Shown piece after piece: positions 10,768 to 21,429 of a stretch of DNA of 64,000 nt. The stretch spans positions 103,419-167,418 of the forward strand of contig JBAXTD010000001.1 in NCBI GenBank assembly GCA_037130335.1, read 5' to 3'. The stretch's first letter is position 1. Each line of letters starts with the position of its first letter. Made by a program: the position numbers and the translations under genes. The notes under the pieces are model-generated. The model did no database searches. It saw only the letters and a program-made list of their open reading frames with translations, and had not been told where the DNA came from. This DNA is from a bacterium. Its GTDB lineage: Bacteria > Patescibacteriota > Minisyncoccia > Phycocordibacterales > UBA9973.

Positions 10768-12246
10768 ATGGCAAAAAACGAAGCAGTGCTCCGATTTGAA
10801 GGAGTGTCATTTGAATATGGTCCAAATAAACCTATTTTAGACGAGGTGACTTTTTCTTTGCGCGAGGGTAGTAAAGTTACAATCATGGGTCAAAACGGTG
10901 CTGGTAAAAGTACGATTTTTAAACTCATCACAAAGGATTTACTTCCAGAAAATGGAACAATAAATATTGTAAATGGTCTCTCAATTGCAATTTCTAAACA
11001 AGTCATTCCACGCGATGATTTGTCACTTACTGTGCGTGATTTTTTCCTTAAATGTTTCGATCAAAAAATTTATGATATCGATCCACGAATCGACGAAGTG
11101 CTTGAAGTTGTAAATTTGAAAGGCCACGAAAAAGTTCACGATCGAATAATAAAAACATTTTCCGGTGGGCAACAAGCACGACTTCTCCTCGCGTCAGCGC
11201 TCATCCAAAATCCTGATTTGCTTTTGCTTGATGAGCCGACAAATAATTTGGATCACGCGGGAATCAAACACCTCACTGATTTTCTCATTAAATATCAAAA
11301 AACTGTGATGGTCATTTCCCACGATGCAGAATTCCTCAATGCGTTTTCTGATGGTGTGCTTTATCTCGATATTCATACACGCAAAATTGAACAATATGCG
11401 GGTAACTACAACACCGTACTCAAAGATATTTCTGCACGTGTTGAAAAGGAAAACATGAAAAACGCTCAGCTTGCAAAACAAATTCAAGCCAAAAAAGACA
11501 AATCAAATGAATTTGCACACAAAGGAGGACGTCTTCGTCTCGTTGCAAAACGTATGAAAGAGCTCGCCGAAGAACTCGAAGACGAAATGGTGGATGTGCG
11601 TCGCGAAGACCGTACAATCAAAGCATTCACAATTCCGAACCAGCCCGATTTGATTGGAGAAATAATTTCAATTACTGCGTATACAATTGCACATCCGACC
11701 ACGCACAAGATTGTCAAAAAGACTGCAAAAGTTTCTTTGAAAAAAAATCAGCATTTGCTACTTCGTGGTCCAAACGGAATTGGCAAAAGTACATTGCTCG
11801 AAAAGATTGCGAGTGGTGAATCGGAAGGATCAAAAATCGCACCAGGTGTACGTGTCGGATATTATCGCCAAGATTTTTCAACACTTAATTTCGAAGACAC
11901 TGTCAAAGAATGTCTCTCGAACGCAATGCTCGAAGGCGGGGAGCGTCTCAATGAGGAACGTATGCGCTCTATTGCTGCGAGTTTCCTCATTACCGGAGAA
12001 ATCATTAATACCAAAATTGGCGCATTGTCTGAAGGTCAAAAAGGTCTCGTTGCGTTTGCGCGACTCGTGCTCGTCCGTCCAGGTTTACTTATCCTCGATG
12101 AGCCAACCAACCATATCAATTTCCGTCACTTGCCAGTCATTGCCGAAGCCCTTTCTCAGTATCAAGGCGCAATGATTGTCGTATCTCACGTTCCAGAATT
12201 TGTATCAAAAATTCGTATCGATGAAATTCTCGATTTGGAGAAATAG
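10768..12246 (+). CDS. ABC-F family ATPase
   Basis: Two ABC cassettes, LDEPTNNLD and LDEPTNH, no TM domain. Confidence 0.9.
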   Translation: MAKNEAVLRFEGVSFEYGPNKPILDEVTFSLREGSKVTIMGQNGAGKSTIFKLITKDLLPENGTINIVNGLSIAISKQVIPRDDLSLTVRDFFLKCFDQKIYDIDPRIDEVLEVVNLKGHEKVHDRIIKTFSGGQQARLLLASALIQNPDLLLLDEPTNNLDHAGIKHLTDFLIKYQKTVMVISHDAEFLNAFSDGVLYLDIHTRKIEQYAGNYNTVLKDISARVEKENMKNAQLAKQIQAKKDKSNEFAHKGGRLRLVAKRMKELAEELEDEMVDVRREDRTIKAFTIPNQPDLIGEIISITAYTIAHPTTHKIVKKTAKVSLKKNQHLLLRGPNGIGKSTLLEKIASGESEGSKIAPGVRVGYYRQDFSTLNFEDTVKECLSNAMLEGGERLNEERMRSIAASFLITGEIINTKIGALSEGQKGLVAFARLVLVRPGLLILDEPTNHINFRHLPVIAEALSQYQGAMIVVSHVPEFVSKIRIDEILDLEK

Positions 12247-12262
12247 AGATAAAAATATAAAT

Positions 12263-12739
12263 ATGCCAAAAAAACTTACCGACGAAGAATATCATAAATC
12301 GCTTCCAAAAAAACAAATTGGCACGGCTGTGTTATTTTTTAATTCAAAAAGAGAAATCCTTATTGTAAAACCAGATTATAAAGAATCGTGGCTTGTTGTT
12401 GGTGGTTCAAATGATGAAAATGAATCTCCGCTTCAGTGCGCAATCCGAGAAACAAAAGAAGAAATCGGTTTGGAGATTTCCCAAATGAAGTTGATTGGTG
12501 TGTATCATTCTCCAAAAAACGGAATTCATTCTGACGCTCTCAAATTTATTTTTGATGGAGGTGAATTGACTGACGAACAGATTTCGCAAATCAAATTACA
12601 GGCAGGTGAATTAACTGAATATAAATTTGAAAATCCGGAAAAAGCAATTCAATTGTTTTCAAACTCTCTCAAAAATTCTATTCCACAATGTTTGAATGCG
12701 ATCAAAGAAAATACGTGTGTGTATATTGATGGCGTATAG
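12263..12739 (+). CDS. NUDIX hydrolase
   Basis: GGSNDENESPLQCAIRETKEEIG Nudix box. Confidence 0.85.
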   Translation: MPKKLTDEEYHKSLPKKQIGTAVLFFNSKREILIVKPDYKESWLVVGGSNDENESPLQCAIRETKEEIGLEISQMKLIGVYHSPKNGIHSDALKFIFDGGELTDEQISQIKLQAGELTEYKFENPEKAIQLFSNSLKNSIPQCLNAIKENTCVYIDGV

Positions 12740-12775
12740 AGTTTAAAATTGGAGAGATTGTGGTACACTAAGCAT

Positions 12776-13669
12776 ATGACATGGCTTATTTTGGCGATTC
12801 TTGCTCCATTTATCTGGAGTATTGCAAATTATGTAGATAAATTTATTCTCACCAAGGCTGGAGATTCAAATGGAGGAAGTGAAGGTTTGATTGTGTTGTC
12901 TTCGCTTATGAGTTTAATTTTTGCTTTGGGATTGTTTTTTGTAATAAAGAGTCAAGGTATTGTTCTCGATAAATATTCTATTTTTGTCTTGATACTTTCA
13001 GGTATCTTTGAGGCGTTGTATATTTATTTTTATTTTTTATCTCTCGAAATTGAATCTGCGAGTACTGTAATTGCGTTGTTTCAATTTGCGCCAGTGTTTG
13101 GAATATTATTTGGATATATATTTATTCATGAGATTCCAACTGGTATGCAATTGGTTGCCATGCTCGTTATATTTTTGGGTACGATTTGTCTCGTTGTAAA
13201 AAAAGGTGAGTTTCATTTTAATTGGAAAGTTATAAAATTAATGACTGTTTCAACGTTGTTTGTGGGACTTTTTAGTACCTTTTTTAAAATGGCAGGGGAA
13301 TCCGTTCCACTTTGGACAGCAATATTTTGGCAATATATCGGTATTGGACTTGTAGGAATCGCATTCTTGTTTTCTACCAAAGCTCAAAAACAATTTACAT
13401 CAATGCTTACTGGTAGTGCTGTTATTTTTTCTGGATTGGCTGAAATTTTAAACATCGGTGCAGTTTTGGCCCTCAACGCAGCTCTTGTACTCGCACCTGT
13501 TGGATTAGTGCTTTCAATAAGTTCAGTACAACCAGTATTTACCTTTGCAGAGGGGGTTCTTTTGGCTTTTTTGTTACCAAAAATATTCAAAAAAGATAAA
13601 CCCAGATTTAATTTGCAGTATTTACTCGGCATATCATTGGTAGTAATTGGAGGATTTCTAATATATTAA
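12776..13669 (+). CDS. EamA/DMT family transporter
   Basis: About 10 TM segments in two repeats; WSIANYVDKFIL. Confidence 0.75.
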   Translation: MTWLILAILAPFIWSIANYVDKFILTKAGDSNGGSEGLIVLSSLMSLIFALGLFFVIKSQGIVLDKYSIFVLILSGIFEALYIYFYFLSLEIESASTVIALFQFAPVFGILFGYIFIHEIPTGMQLVAMLVIFLGTICLVVKKGEFHFNWKVIKLMTVSTLFVGLFSTFFKMAGESVPLWTAIFWQYIGIGLVGIAFLFSTKAQKQFTSMLTGSAVIFSGLAEILNIGAVLALNAALVLAPVGLVLSISSVQPVFTFAEGVLLAFLLPKIFKKDKPRFNLQYLLGISLVVIGGFLIY

Positions 13670-13721
13670 CGAGTGGTAAAAACCTTATTTTTGTGATAAT
13701 CTGAAATATATAGAAGATTTT

Positions 13722-14624
13722 ATGATTCCTCAATTTCCTGAATTTAAAAAACTCGAACTTTCTGACCGAGATGAAATTGAAAGTTTTACAAAGAAATTTC
13801 CACCATATTCTGATTTTAATTTTATTAGCATGTGGAGTTGGGATATTAAAGGTGAAATGAAGGTTGCCTGGTTTAATGGAAATTTAGTAGTTAAATTTAC
13901 AGATTACCTCACGGGGGAGCCATTCTACTCATTTTTGGGTACAAATAAAGTAAATGAAACAGCAGCTGCTCTCATTGAAATATCAAAAATTCTTGGACAA
14001 AAGCATTCTATTTGTCTGATTCCAGAAACAATAGCTACATTATTGGACCCACGAGAGTTTATTATAAAAGAGGAACCCGATCATTTCGATTATATTTATG
14101 ATTTAGCGGTTGTTTCAAAGATGGAAGAAGAAATTTTTGAACGAAAACGACGCTATATTAAAAGTTTTTTGGAAAATGATAGTTTCTATCGCACTCTTGA
14201 TTTGTCTGATTCAGATGCACTGTCCATGATTGAAGAAGTTAATCAAACATGGATTAAAAATAAAGTTACAATAAATGCTAATTTTGAATATAAAAATGAA
14301 TTTATCGCACTTGGGCGTTTTTTAAATTCTCGTTCGTTTAAAAATGTAGTTGCAACTTTTTTACTTATTGAAAACAAGCCGGTTGCATATGCTATATACG
14401 AAGAAGATTTAAATGGATATATAATTTCTCATTTTGAAAAGGCAGATTTTTCATACAAGGGTATTAATGATTATTTTTTACAACAAGACTGCGCGTTTTT
14501 TTTAGAGAAAGGCTTTCATTTGATGAATATTGAGCAAGATTTGGGTATTCCAGGGCTTAAACAAAGTAAGAAAAGTTTTTCAACAGGTATGTACCTTAAA
14601 AAATATTCTATTATGTTAAAATAA
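13722..14624 (+). CDS. DUF2156 / aminoacyl-phosphatidylglycerol synthase transferase-domain protein
   Basis: YSDFNF, DYIY, HFEKA and NIEQDLGIPGLKQSK motifs. Confidence 0.8.
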   Translation: MIPQFPEFKKLELSDRDEIESFTKKFPPYSDFNFISMWSWDIKGEMKVAWFNGNLVVKFTDYLTGEPFYSFLGTNKVNETAAALIEISKILGQKHSICLIPETIATLLDPREFIIKEEPDHFDYIYDLAVVSKMEEEIFERKRRYIKSFLENDSFYRTLDLSDSDALSMIEEVNQTWIKNKVTINANFEYKNEFIALGRFLNSRSFKNVVATFLLIENKPVAYAIYEEDLNGYIISHFEKADFSYKGINDYFLQQDCAFFLEKGFHLMNIEQDLGIPGLKQSKKSFSTGMYLKKYSIMLK

Positions 14625-14628
14625 AATT

Positions 14629-15465
14629 ATGTTGATGAATAAAAAGGCGCTCAATATAGTGACTATTTTGATAATTGTTTTAGCTATTGTTTTTACATAT
14701 TTTTTTGTAAGTAATCTTTTTATTGTTCAACCAAACACAACTGACGTTGTAGGGGTGTTTACATGGGCTGACTTTTATCAAATTATTGCTCTTGTTGGAG
14801 GTGTAGCGGGTTTCTTTGTATCTCAAGCATGGGGCGGACTCAAGAGTATTTTAGGTAGAGCGATATTTTTTATTAGTCTAGGCTTATTTTTTCAGAATAT
14901 AGGACAGACAATCTTTAGTTTTTATGCAATTTATTGGCCAAATACAACATTCTATCCATCTCTAGCCGACATTGGATTTTTTGGAAGTGTTCTATCTTAT
15001 ATTTATGGTGTTTATTTGATTTGCAAAATGTGCGGAGTTCATAGAGGTTTTATAAATAGTAACAAAATCAAATTGGTTGTTTTCCTTGTTCCAATTGTTA
15101 TTCTAGGGGGTTCGTATTTTGTTTTTCTAAAGGATTATTTGTATGATCCGACAAGTCCCATAAAGGTTTTCTTGGATTTTGGATATCCATTGGGTCAGGC
15201 ACTTTATATCGCACTTACAGTGCTTGCATATATTGTTTCCAAAAACACTCTCGGTGGAATGATGCGAAGCACGATACTTATTTTGTTTATTGCGTTGCTT
15301 TTACAGTATGCTGCTGATTTTAATTTCTTGTATCAATCGACAAGTGATTCATGGGTTCTCTCTGGAAGCTACGGGGACTTTTTGTATCTAATTTCGTATA
15401 CATTTATGTCACTTACGTTGATTAAATTTGGCTATAAGAACCAAGAGTTTATGAAAAAAATATAA
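14629..15465 (+). CDS. Multi-pass (7-8 TM) membrane protein, sensor-like
   Basis: WGGLKSILGRAI, YPSLADIGF and LDFGYPLG segments; no cytoplasmic output domain. Confidence 0.7.
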   Translation: MLMNKKALNIVTILIIVLAIVFTYFFVSNLFIVQPNTTDVVGVFTWADFYQIIALVGGVAGFFVSQAWGGLKSILGRAIFFISLGLFFQNIGQTIFSFYAIYWPNTTFYPSLADIGFFGSVLSYIYGVYLICKMCGVHRGFINSNKIKLVVFLVPIVILGGSYFVFLKDYLYDPTSPIKVFLDFGYPLGQALYIALTVLAYIVSKNTLGGMMRSTILILFIALLLQYAADFNFLYQSTSDSWVLSGSYGDFLYLISYTFMSLTLIKFGYKNQEFMKKI

Positions 15466-15492
15466 CCTTACTAATAACACTCACTGATAATT

Positions 15493-15789
15493 ATGGACAC
15501 AACAATAAATGTATTTAATGAAATATCGATTCGAATCATCAAGGAGCAGGAGGCTATCATTGGCCCTTTGGCTTGGGCTGAGGCATCAAAGGTTTCTGGG
15601 TTTGAAGTTATTGATGCAGACAAAAAGATAGTAAACATCAAAGCTGAAGACCCAAGAGAAGTTGTAAATGCACTCGTTGCACGATACGAAAAACTTTTTG
15701 GAAGACTGTCTCGAGATGTAAGTAGACAAGCCGTTTCAGATTTAACCGCTGATATCCCAAACGAGGATATTCCTGCAAGTTTGAAATAA
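15493..15789 (+). CDS. Conserved CPR-type small hypothetical protein
   Basis: IIKEQEAIIGPLAW...YEKLFG; directly follows the membrane protein. Confidence 0.7.
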   Translation: MDTTINVFNEISIRIIKEQEAIIGPLAWAEASKVSGFEVIDADKKIVNIKAEDPREVVNALVARYEKLFGRLSRDVSRQAVSDLTADIPNEDIPASLK

Positions 15790-15901
15790 GTTAACGAGAG
15801 AACTGACTTTTTTGTTGGTTTATTTTTTTGTTTTTTATGCACCTAAAAGCGATTATCAGTCGTATTAATTATGTGGGTGCTATAATAAAAATACAAAAAA
15901 T

Positions 15902-16291
15902 ATGAATATAAATAATACATTAAAATTGTGGGCGGGGCCCGTGCTACGCTATGTCATGTCGGCGGTTATTTTGTGGTTTGGTATACAACAATTTCTACAT
16001 ACTGAAGCATGGACTGCATATATTCCGGATTCGATTGTTGCAATTACTGGCGTGAGCGCGACAGTGTTGGTGTATGTAAATGCAGTGTTTGAAGTTTTAT
16101 TTGGATTTTTACTCCTTATCGGTTGGCAGACACGTATCGTCGCATTACTTCTTGGACTACATTTACTAGATATTATGTGGGTTGTAGGATACGGAGAAAT
16201 TGGGGTGCGTGATTTCGGACTCGCTATGGCATTGCTTGTCGTGTGCATGAATGGAGCAGATTTTCTTTCTCTTGATTATAAAAATAATTAA
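15902..16291 (+). CDS. DoxX family membrane protein
   Basis: Four TM segments; LR....ILWFG, FEVLFGFLLLIG and RDFGL motifs. Confidence 0.75.
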   Translation: MNINNTLKLWAGPVLRYVMSAVILWFGIQQFLHTEAWTAYIPDSIVAITGVSATVLVYVNAVFEVLFGFLLLIGWQTRIVALLLGLHLLDIMWVVGYGEIGVRDFGLAMALLVVCMNGADFLSLDYKNN

Positions 16292-16302
16292 TAATTTAAT
16301 TT

Positions 16303-16950
16303 ATGGAACCAAATAATTCAAATAAAAATCTGGGTATAGGAATATCGATTGCAGTTGTAGCGCTTGTCGTGTTTGTGACTGCTTTTTTTGGTAAAAATTC
16401 ATCTACTCAAACTGCTTCAAATACACAACCTGCTGATGTAAATAATACTTCAAGTAGTACAACAACAGGCAATACTAATACAAAAACATCGCCCGTAGTA
16501 AATACTACTACTGTTGCAAATCGTGATGATGAAAATGATTCTAATTCTGACGAGGATTCCGAAGGTTCTACAAATCCAGCCACACCAGTATCAAATCCGG
16601 TTCCAACACCAGTACCTATCGTTAACACAACCAAAAAAACAAGTGCAGGTTTGGTATACAAGGATGGGACATATACTGCAACCGGTTCATATGATTCACC
16701 AGGTGGATATGATCAGTTTAGTGTTACATTGACGGTAAAAAATGATATTGTAACTGCTGCTTCTATTGGTAATTTTCAAGGAGGTGGAACATCACAAAGA
16801 TACTATAATTATTTCCAAAGTGGATACCAGCAATACGTAGTAGGAAAAAATCTTTCGACGCTTAATGTAGGAAAAGTTTCTCGTTCATCACTTACACCAA
16901 TCGGTTTCAATGATGCTGTTGCGCAAATCCGTTCGCAAGCAAAAGCATAA
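16303..16950 (+). CDS. Membrane-anchored FMN-binding domain protein
   Basis: N-terminal TM, T/P/D-rich linker, YKDGTYTATGSY.SPGG and VSRSSLT..GFNDA. Confidence 0.75.
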   Translation: MEPNNSNKNLGIGISIAVVALVVFVTAFFGKNSSTQTASNTQPADVNNTSSSTTTGNTNTKTSPVVNTTTVANRDDENDSNSDEDSEGSTNPATPVSNPVPTPVPIVNTTKKTSAGLVYKDGTYTATGSYDSPGGYDQFSVTLTVKNDIVTAASIGNFQGGGTSQRYYNYFQSGYQQYVVGKNLSTLNVGKVSRSSLTPIGFNDAVAQIRSQAKA

Positions 16951-16953
16951 TCA

Positions 16954-17829
16954 ATGACTACGTTTACTTTTGATGCAATTGGCACCTCGTGGCAGATTGA
17001 TATTTATAAAACAATTCCTGATACAGAAAAATCAGAGTTATTTTTGGCAATACAAAAACGAATTACTGAGTTTGACAAAACATATTCACGCTTCCGGGAT
17101 GACTCGCTCGTTATGAATATCGCGCGTGAGTCTGGGAAATTTATTTTTCCCGAAGATTCCAAAAAAATATTTGAACTGTATTATGATTTGTATAATCTGA
17201 CTGATGGTTTTTTTACGCCATTTGTAGGGCAGATTTTGTCTGATGCGGGGTACGATGCACAGTATTCGTTGAAGCAAAAAAGAGAGCTCCAAAATCCGCC
17301 ACTGTGGGAAAGTGTTATCGATTTTGACTATCCGACACTTGTCGCCAAAGAACCCGTCCTGCTTGATTTTGGGGCTGGTGGCAAGGGATATCTCGTCGAT
17401 ATAGTCGCAGAAGTCATTGAAAAATATGGGATTTTTGAGTATGTCATTGATGCGGGAGGTGATATAGTACACAAGGGTAGTGTACCGATTAATATCGGAT
17501 TAGAACATCCACAAAATTTTGATCAAGCGATTGGAATATACAACCTTTCAAACGGAAGTCTCTGTGGCTCGGCAGGAAATAGAAGAGTGTGGGGAAACTT
17601 TACACATATCATAAATCCAGCAACGCTCGAGTCTCCAAAAAATATTTTGGGAGTATGGGTGTTTGCAAAAAACGCACTTCTCGCAGATTCGCTCGCAACA
17701 TGTTTGTTTTTTGTTTCGGCGCATAAACTTTTAAAAAAATACGATTTTGAATATCTCGTTATGTATGATGATATGCATATTGAGAAATCACATAACTTTT
17801 CTGCAGAAATTTTTCATGAAACAAAATAA
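16954..17829 (+). CDS. apbE: FAD:protein FMN transferase (ApbE)
   Basis: AIGT, YSRFRDDS, LDFGAGGKGYLVD, DAGGD, HIINP and ADSLAT motifs. Confidence 0.88.
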   Translation: MTTFTFDAIGTSWQIDIYKTIPDTEKSELFLAIQKRITEFDKTYSRFRDDSLVMNIARESGKFIFPEDSKKIFELYYDLYNLTDGFFTPFVGQILSDAGYDAQYSLKQKRELQNPPLWESVIDFDYPTLVAKEPVLLDFGAGGKGYLVDIVAEVIEKYGIFEYVIDAGGDIVHKGSVPINIGLEHPQNFDQAIGIYNLSNGSLCGSAGNRRVWGNFTHIINPATLESPKNILGVWVFAKNALLADSLATCLFFVSAHKLLKKYDFEYLVMYDDMHIEKSHNFSAEIFHETK

Positions 17830-19534
17830 ACACAATTTAACAGAAGTTTTACAACCGTATATTTTTTCGGTTGTTGTTTTGGTGGTGCTTACAATTATTG
17901 CCAATGGACTTTCGCTTGCAGTTCCAAAAATTATCGCGAGTTCTATCGACTCATATACTCTGGGAACTTTTGTTTTGAATACAACACTTATAAAATTTAG
18001 TGTCATTGCATTGCTTATTCTTGTTTTTACATATTTACAAAATATTTCTCAGGTGTATGTATCAGAAAAAGTTGCTCGTAATTTACGCAACAAACTATCA
18101 GAAAAAATCTCAACTCAAACATACGCATATATAGAAAAGATTACCCCCGAAAAATTGCTTACTAATTTGACAGCCGACATTGATGCGATTAAATCATTTG
18201 TTTCGCAAGCAATTGTTTCGATTATTTCATCAATCTTTTTGATTATTGGAGCATCGGTATTGCTACTACTTACAAATTGGAAACTAGCGATACCAGTACT
18301 TTGTATTATTCCAGGTATTGGAATTACATTTTATTTTGTACTCAAAAAAGTTCGTACATTGTTTCGGAAAACCCAGGAGGCGATTGATTGGCTCAACAAG
18401 GTCATCAATGAAAGTATTTTGGGTGCGGCGCTTATCCGAATTTTGAATTCACGTGATATTGAGAAGAAAAAATTTGTGGCAGCAAATACACAAGCGCGTG
18501 ATATCAGTCTCAAAATATTGTCACTTTTTGCGGGTCTTATTCCGGCAATTAATTTCTTTATGAATTTGGCAACAATCGTGATCGTTGTACTCGGTGGTAA
18601 ATATGTTATTGATGGCTCGATGACACTTGGAAGTTTTACTGCATTCAATAGTTACTTGGCGATACTTATTTTTCCAATTATGATTATTGGATTTATGAGT
18701 AATGTGATTGCCGCAGCGTCTGCTTCGTATGGACGTATTGTAAAAGTATTATACGCACCAAGCGAAAAGAAACACGGCAAGGAACAAATTCTTTTGACTG
18801 GCACAATCAATGTCGCAGATATTAATCTTTCGTATGGACAAAAGGATGTACTCAAGCATGTATCATTTTCGGTTTTGCCTGGAACAAAAACTGCAATTAT
18901 TGGACCAACGGGTTCAGGTAAAACTCAATTATTGTATGTGATCACGGGTTTACTGGATTTAACATCTGGTTCTGTAATGTTTGATGGTATAAACGTACAT
19001 GATTTTGATAAAGAAAATTTTCACAGTCAAATAGGATTTGTATTTCAAGACAGTTCAATTTTTAATGTAAGCTTGCGAGAGAATATTGCATTTGGTGATA
19101 CCGTCACAGATGAATATCTGAAACGTGCGATTAGTTCGGCAGAGCTCGATGATTTCGTTGAGTCGCTTCCAAAAAAATTAGATACGATTGTTTCGGAGCG
19201 TGGATCAAGTCTCTCAGGTGGTCAGAAACAACGTATCATGCTTGCTCGTGCGCTTGCACTTAATCCAAAGATTTTATTACTTGATGATTTCACGGCACGC
19301 GTGGATACCAAAACCGAACGTGCGATTTTGAAAAATGTGGAAAATAATTATCCCGATATTACACTTATTTCTGTAACACAAAAAATTGCTTCTATTGAAC
19401 ACTATGATCAAATTATTTTGCTCGATGAAGGGGAAATTATTGCCACCGGTACACATGCAGAACTTCTCGAAAATTCTCCCGAGTACGTTCAAATTTATGA
19501 GTCGCAAAAAAGTACGGAGAATTATGAAGGATAA
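17816..19534 (+). CDS. Heterodimeric ABC exporter subunit (degenerate Walker B)
   Basis: TMD plus NBD, GPTGSGKT, LSGGQKQR, LLLDD; start overlaps apbE. Confidence 0.9.
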   Translation: MKQNKHNLTEVLQPYIFSVVVLVVLTIIANGLSLAVPKIIASSIDSYTLGTFVLNTTLIKFSVIALLILVFTYLQNISQVYVSEKVARNLRNKLSEKISTQTYAYIEKITPEKLLTNLTADIDAIKSFVSQAIVSIISSIFLIIGASVLLLLTNWKLAIPVLCIIPGIGITFYFVLKKVRTLFRKTQEAIDWLNKVINESILGAALIRILNSRDIEKKKFVAANTQARDISLKILSLFAGLIPAINFFMNLATIVIVVLGGKYVIDGSMTLGSFTAFNSYLAILIFPIMIIGFMSNVIAAASASYGRIVKVLYAPSEKKHGKEQILLTGTINVADINLSYGQKDVLKHVSFSVLPGTKTAIIGPTGSGKTQLLYVITGLLDLTSGSVMFDGINVHDFDKENFHSQIGFVFQDSSIFNVSLRENIAFGDTVTDEYLKRAISSAELDDFVESLPKKLDTIVSERGSSLSGGQKQRIMLARALALNPKILLLDDFTARVDTKTERAILKNVENNYPDITLISVTQKIASIEHYDQIILLDEGEIIATGTHAELLENSPEYVQIYESQKSTENYEG

Positions 19535-19540
19535 AAATAT

Positions 19541-21310
19541 ATGAATTACTCACTATACAAAACTGATATTGCAAAAGAAAAAGACAAAAAGGTTCTTTCG
19601 ACTGCATGGATGAGACTTGTACCACTACTTAAAAGTGAGGGTCGCGAAATGACGCTTGCACTCGTTGCGATTGTGCTTAATTCACTCGCGATGCTCGTCT
19701 CTCCATTTTTGATTGGACGTATTGTTGATTTATATATTGCACAGCACGATTTCCATGGAGTGCTTGTATATTCTGGAATTTTGGCTCTTGTTGGAATTGC
19801 GGGATTGTTTACTGCGTATACGCAGGTCAAAAAAATGGGAGGTATTGGTCGTCGTGTGTTGTTTAATTTGAGAAATTCAATTTTCAAAAAACTCCAAGAT
19901 TTGCCTGTTGCATTTTTTAATCAAAATAAAGCTGGTGATTTGATTTCACGTATCAATAATGACACCGACAAACTCAATCAATTTTTTTCTCAAGCGCTCG
20001 TGCAATTGATGGGGAACATTATTCTCATTATTGGTGCGGGGATATTTTTGTTGGTACTTAATCCACGGCTCGGATTTTTTGCGATGGTGCCAGCGTTTAT
20101 TGCGCTCGTCATCACGAGTCTTATTTCGCCATGGATTAAAAAGACAAATGTGAAAAGTTTGAGAACTCTCGGAGGGCTTTCTGGTGAAATTCAGGAAAGT
20201 ATCAACAATTTTAAAGTTGTTGCAGCATTTAATCGAATGGATTATTTCCGCAAAAAATTTAGTGAGGCAAACGATCTCAATTATAAATCATCTGTATCTG
20301 CTGGGGTCGCAAATAATATTTTTAATTCGCTCTATACGTTTGTCGCAACACTCGCGCAGATAATAGTATTGATGTATGGAATTTATCTTATTTCGATTGG
20401 TAATTTTACTGTAGGGCTTCTCATTGGATTTTTATTGTATGTAAACAATTTTTATACACCACTTCGCCAACTTGCTTCTGTGTGGTCGTCATTACAAATT
20501 GCGCTTGCGGGACTCGATCGAATTTCTGAAGTGCTTGCGCTTGAATCAAATATAACCACAATCGAAAGTAAAGAAAGAATTTCAGAAACTGCTCCAATTA
20601 TTGAATTTAAAAATGTATCTTTTTCATATTCTAATGAAAAAGAAGTTCTCAAACATGCAACGTTCTCTTTGGAGCGTGGCAAAACGTATGCACTTGTGGG
20701 GCCAACAGGTGGAGGCAAAACAACGACAGCTCTTTTGATGGCGCGATTGTATGATCCAACCGAAGGACAAATTATGCTTTTGGGTAAGGATATAAAAAGC
20801 TTTTCAAACATAGATAGAACAAAACATATTGGATTTATTTTGCAAGAACCTTTTTTGTTTACTGGAACTGTGCGTGAAAATATTTTGTACGGTAATGATG
20901 CATATATTGATACATTAAAAGAGGATTTTGATATCGTTTTGAGTAATATGGGATTTACAGAATTACTCAAGCGATTTTCTGACGGACTTGATACTCAAAT
21001 TTCTGGAAGTGGAGATTCAATAAGTTTGGGACAAAAACAACTTATTGCATTTATTCGTGCAGTGCTTCGCGATCCAGACATCCTCATTTTGGATGAAGCA
21101 ACTGCAAATATTGATACCGTAACTGAACAGTTACTCGAGATTGTACTTCAAAAATTACCATCGCGAACAACACGTGTAATTATTGCACATCGTCTAAATA
21201 CTATCGAAAACGCCGATGAAATATTTTTTGTAAATAATAAAGAAATTGTACGAGCGGGAAGTAAGGATGATGCGATTGAAATGCTCCTGCACGGCAAGCG
21301 CACAAGTTAG
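19541..21310 (+). CDS. Heterodimeric ABC exporter subunit
   Basis: TMD plus NBD, GPTGGGKT, ISLGQKQL, LILDEATANID. Confidence 0.9.
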   Translation: MNYSLYKTDIAKEKDKKVLSTAWMRLVPLLKSEGREMTLALVAIVLNSLAMLVSPFLIGRIVDLYIAQHDFHGVLVYSGILALVGIAGLFTAYTQVKKMGGIGRRVLFNLRNSIFKKLQDLPVAFFNQNKAGDLISRINNDTDKLNQFFSQALVQLMGNIILIIGAGIFLLVLNPRLGFFAMVPAFIALVITSLISPWIKKTNVKSLRTLGGLSGEIQESINNFKVVAAFNRMDYFRKKFSEANDLNYKSSVSAGVANNIFNSLYTFVATLAQIIVLMYGIYLISIGNFTVGLLIGFLLYVNNFYTPLRQLASVWSSLQIALAGLDRISEVLALESNITTIESKERISETAPIIEFKNVSFSYSNEKEVLKHATFSLERGKTYALVGPTGGGKTTTALLMARLYDPTEGQIMLLGKDIKSFSNIDRTKHIGFILQEPFLFTGTVRENILYGNDAYIDTLKEDFDIVLSNMGFTELLKRFSDGLDTQISGSGDSISLGQKQLIAFIRAVLRDPDILILDEATANIDTVTEQLLEIVLQKLPSRTTRVIIAHRLNTIENADEIFFVNNKEIVRAGSKDDAIEMLLHGKRTS

Positions 21311-21429
21311 CTTGATATATAAGGTTTATTTTATCTACAGGTGTTCGTTTCGGTGGTTGTATATCTGTGCTAAAATTATATATGTCGATTCGTGTTAGTA
21401 GGTTTTATTTTTAATTAAATCAAAATTTT

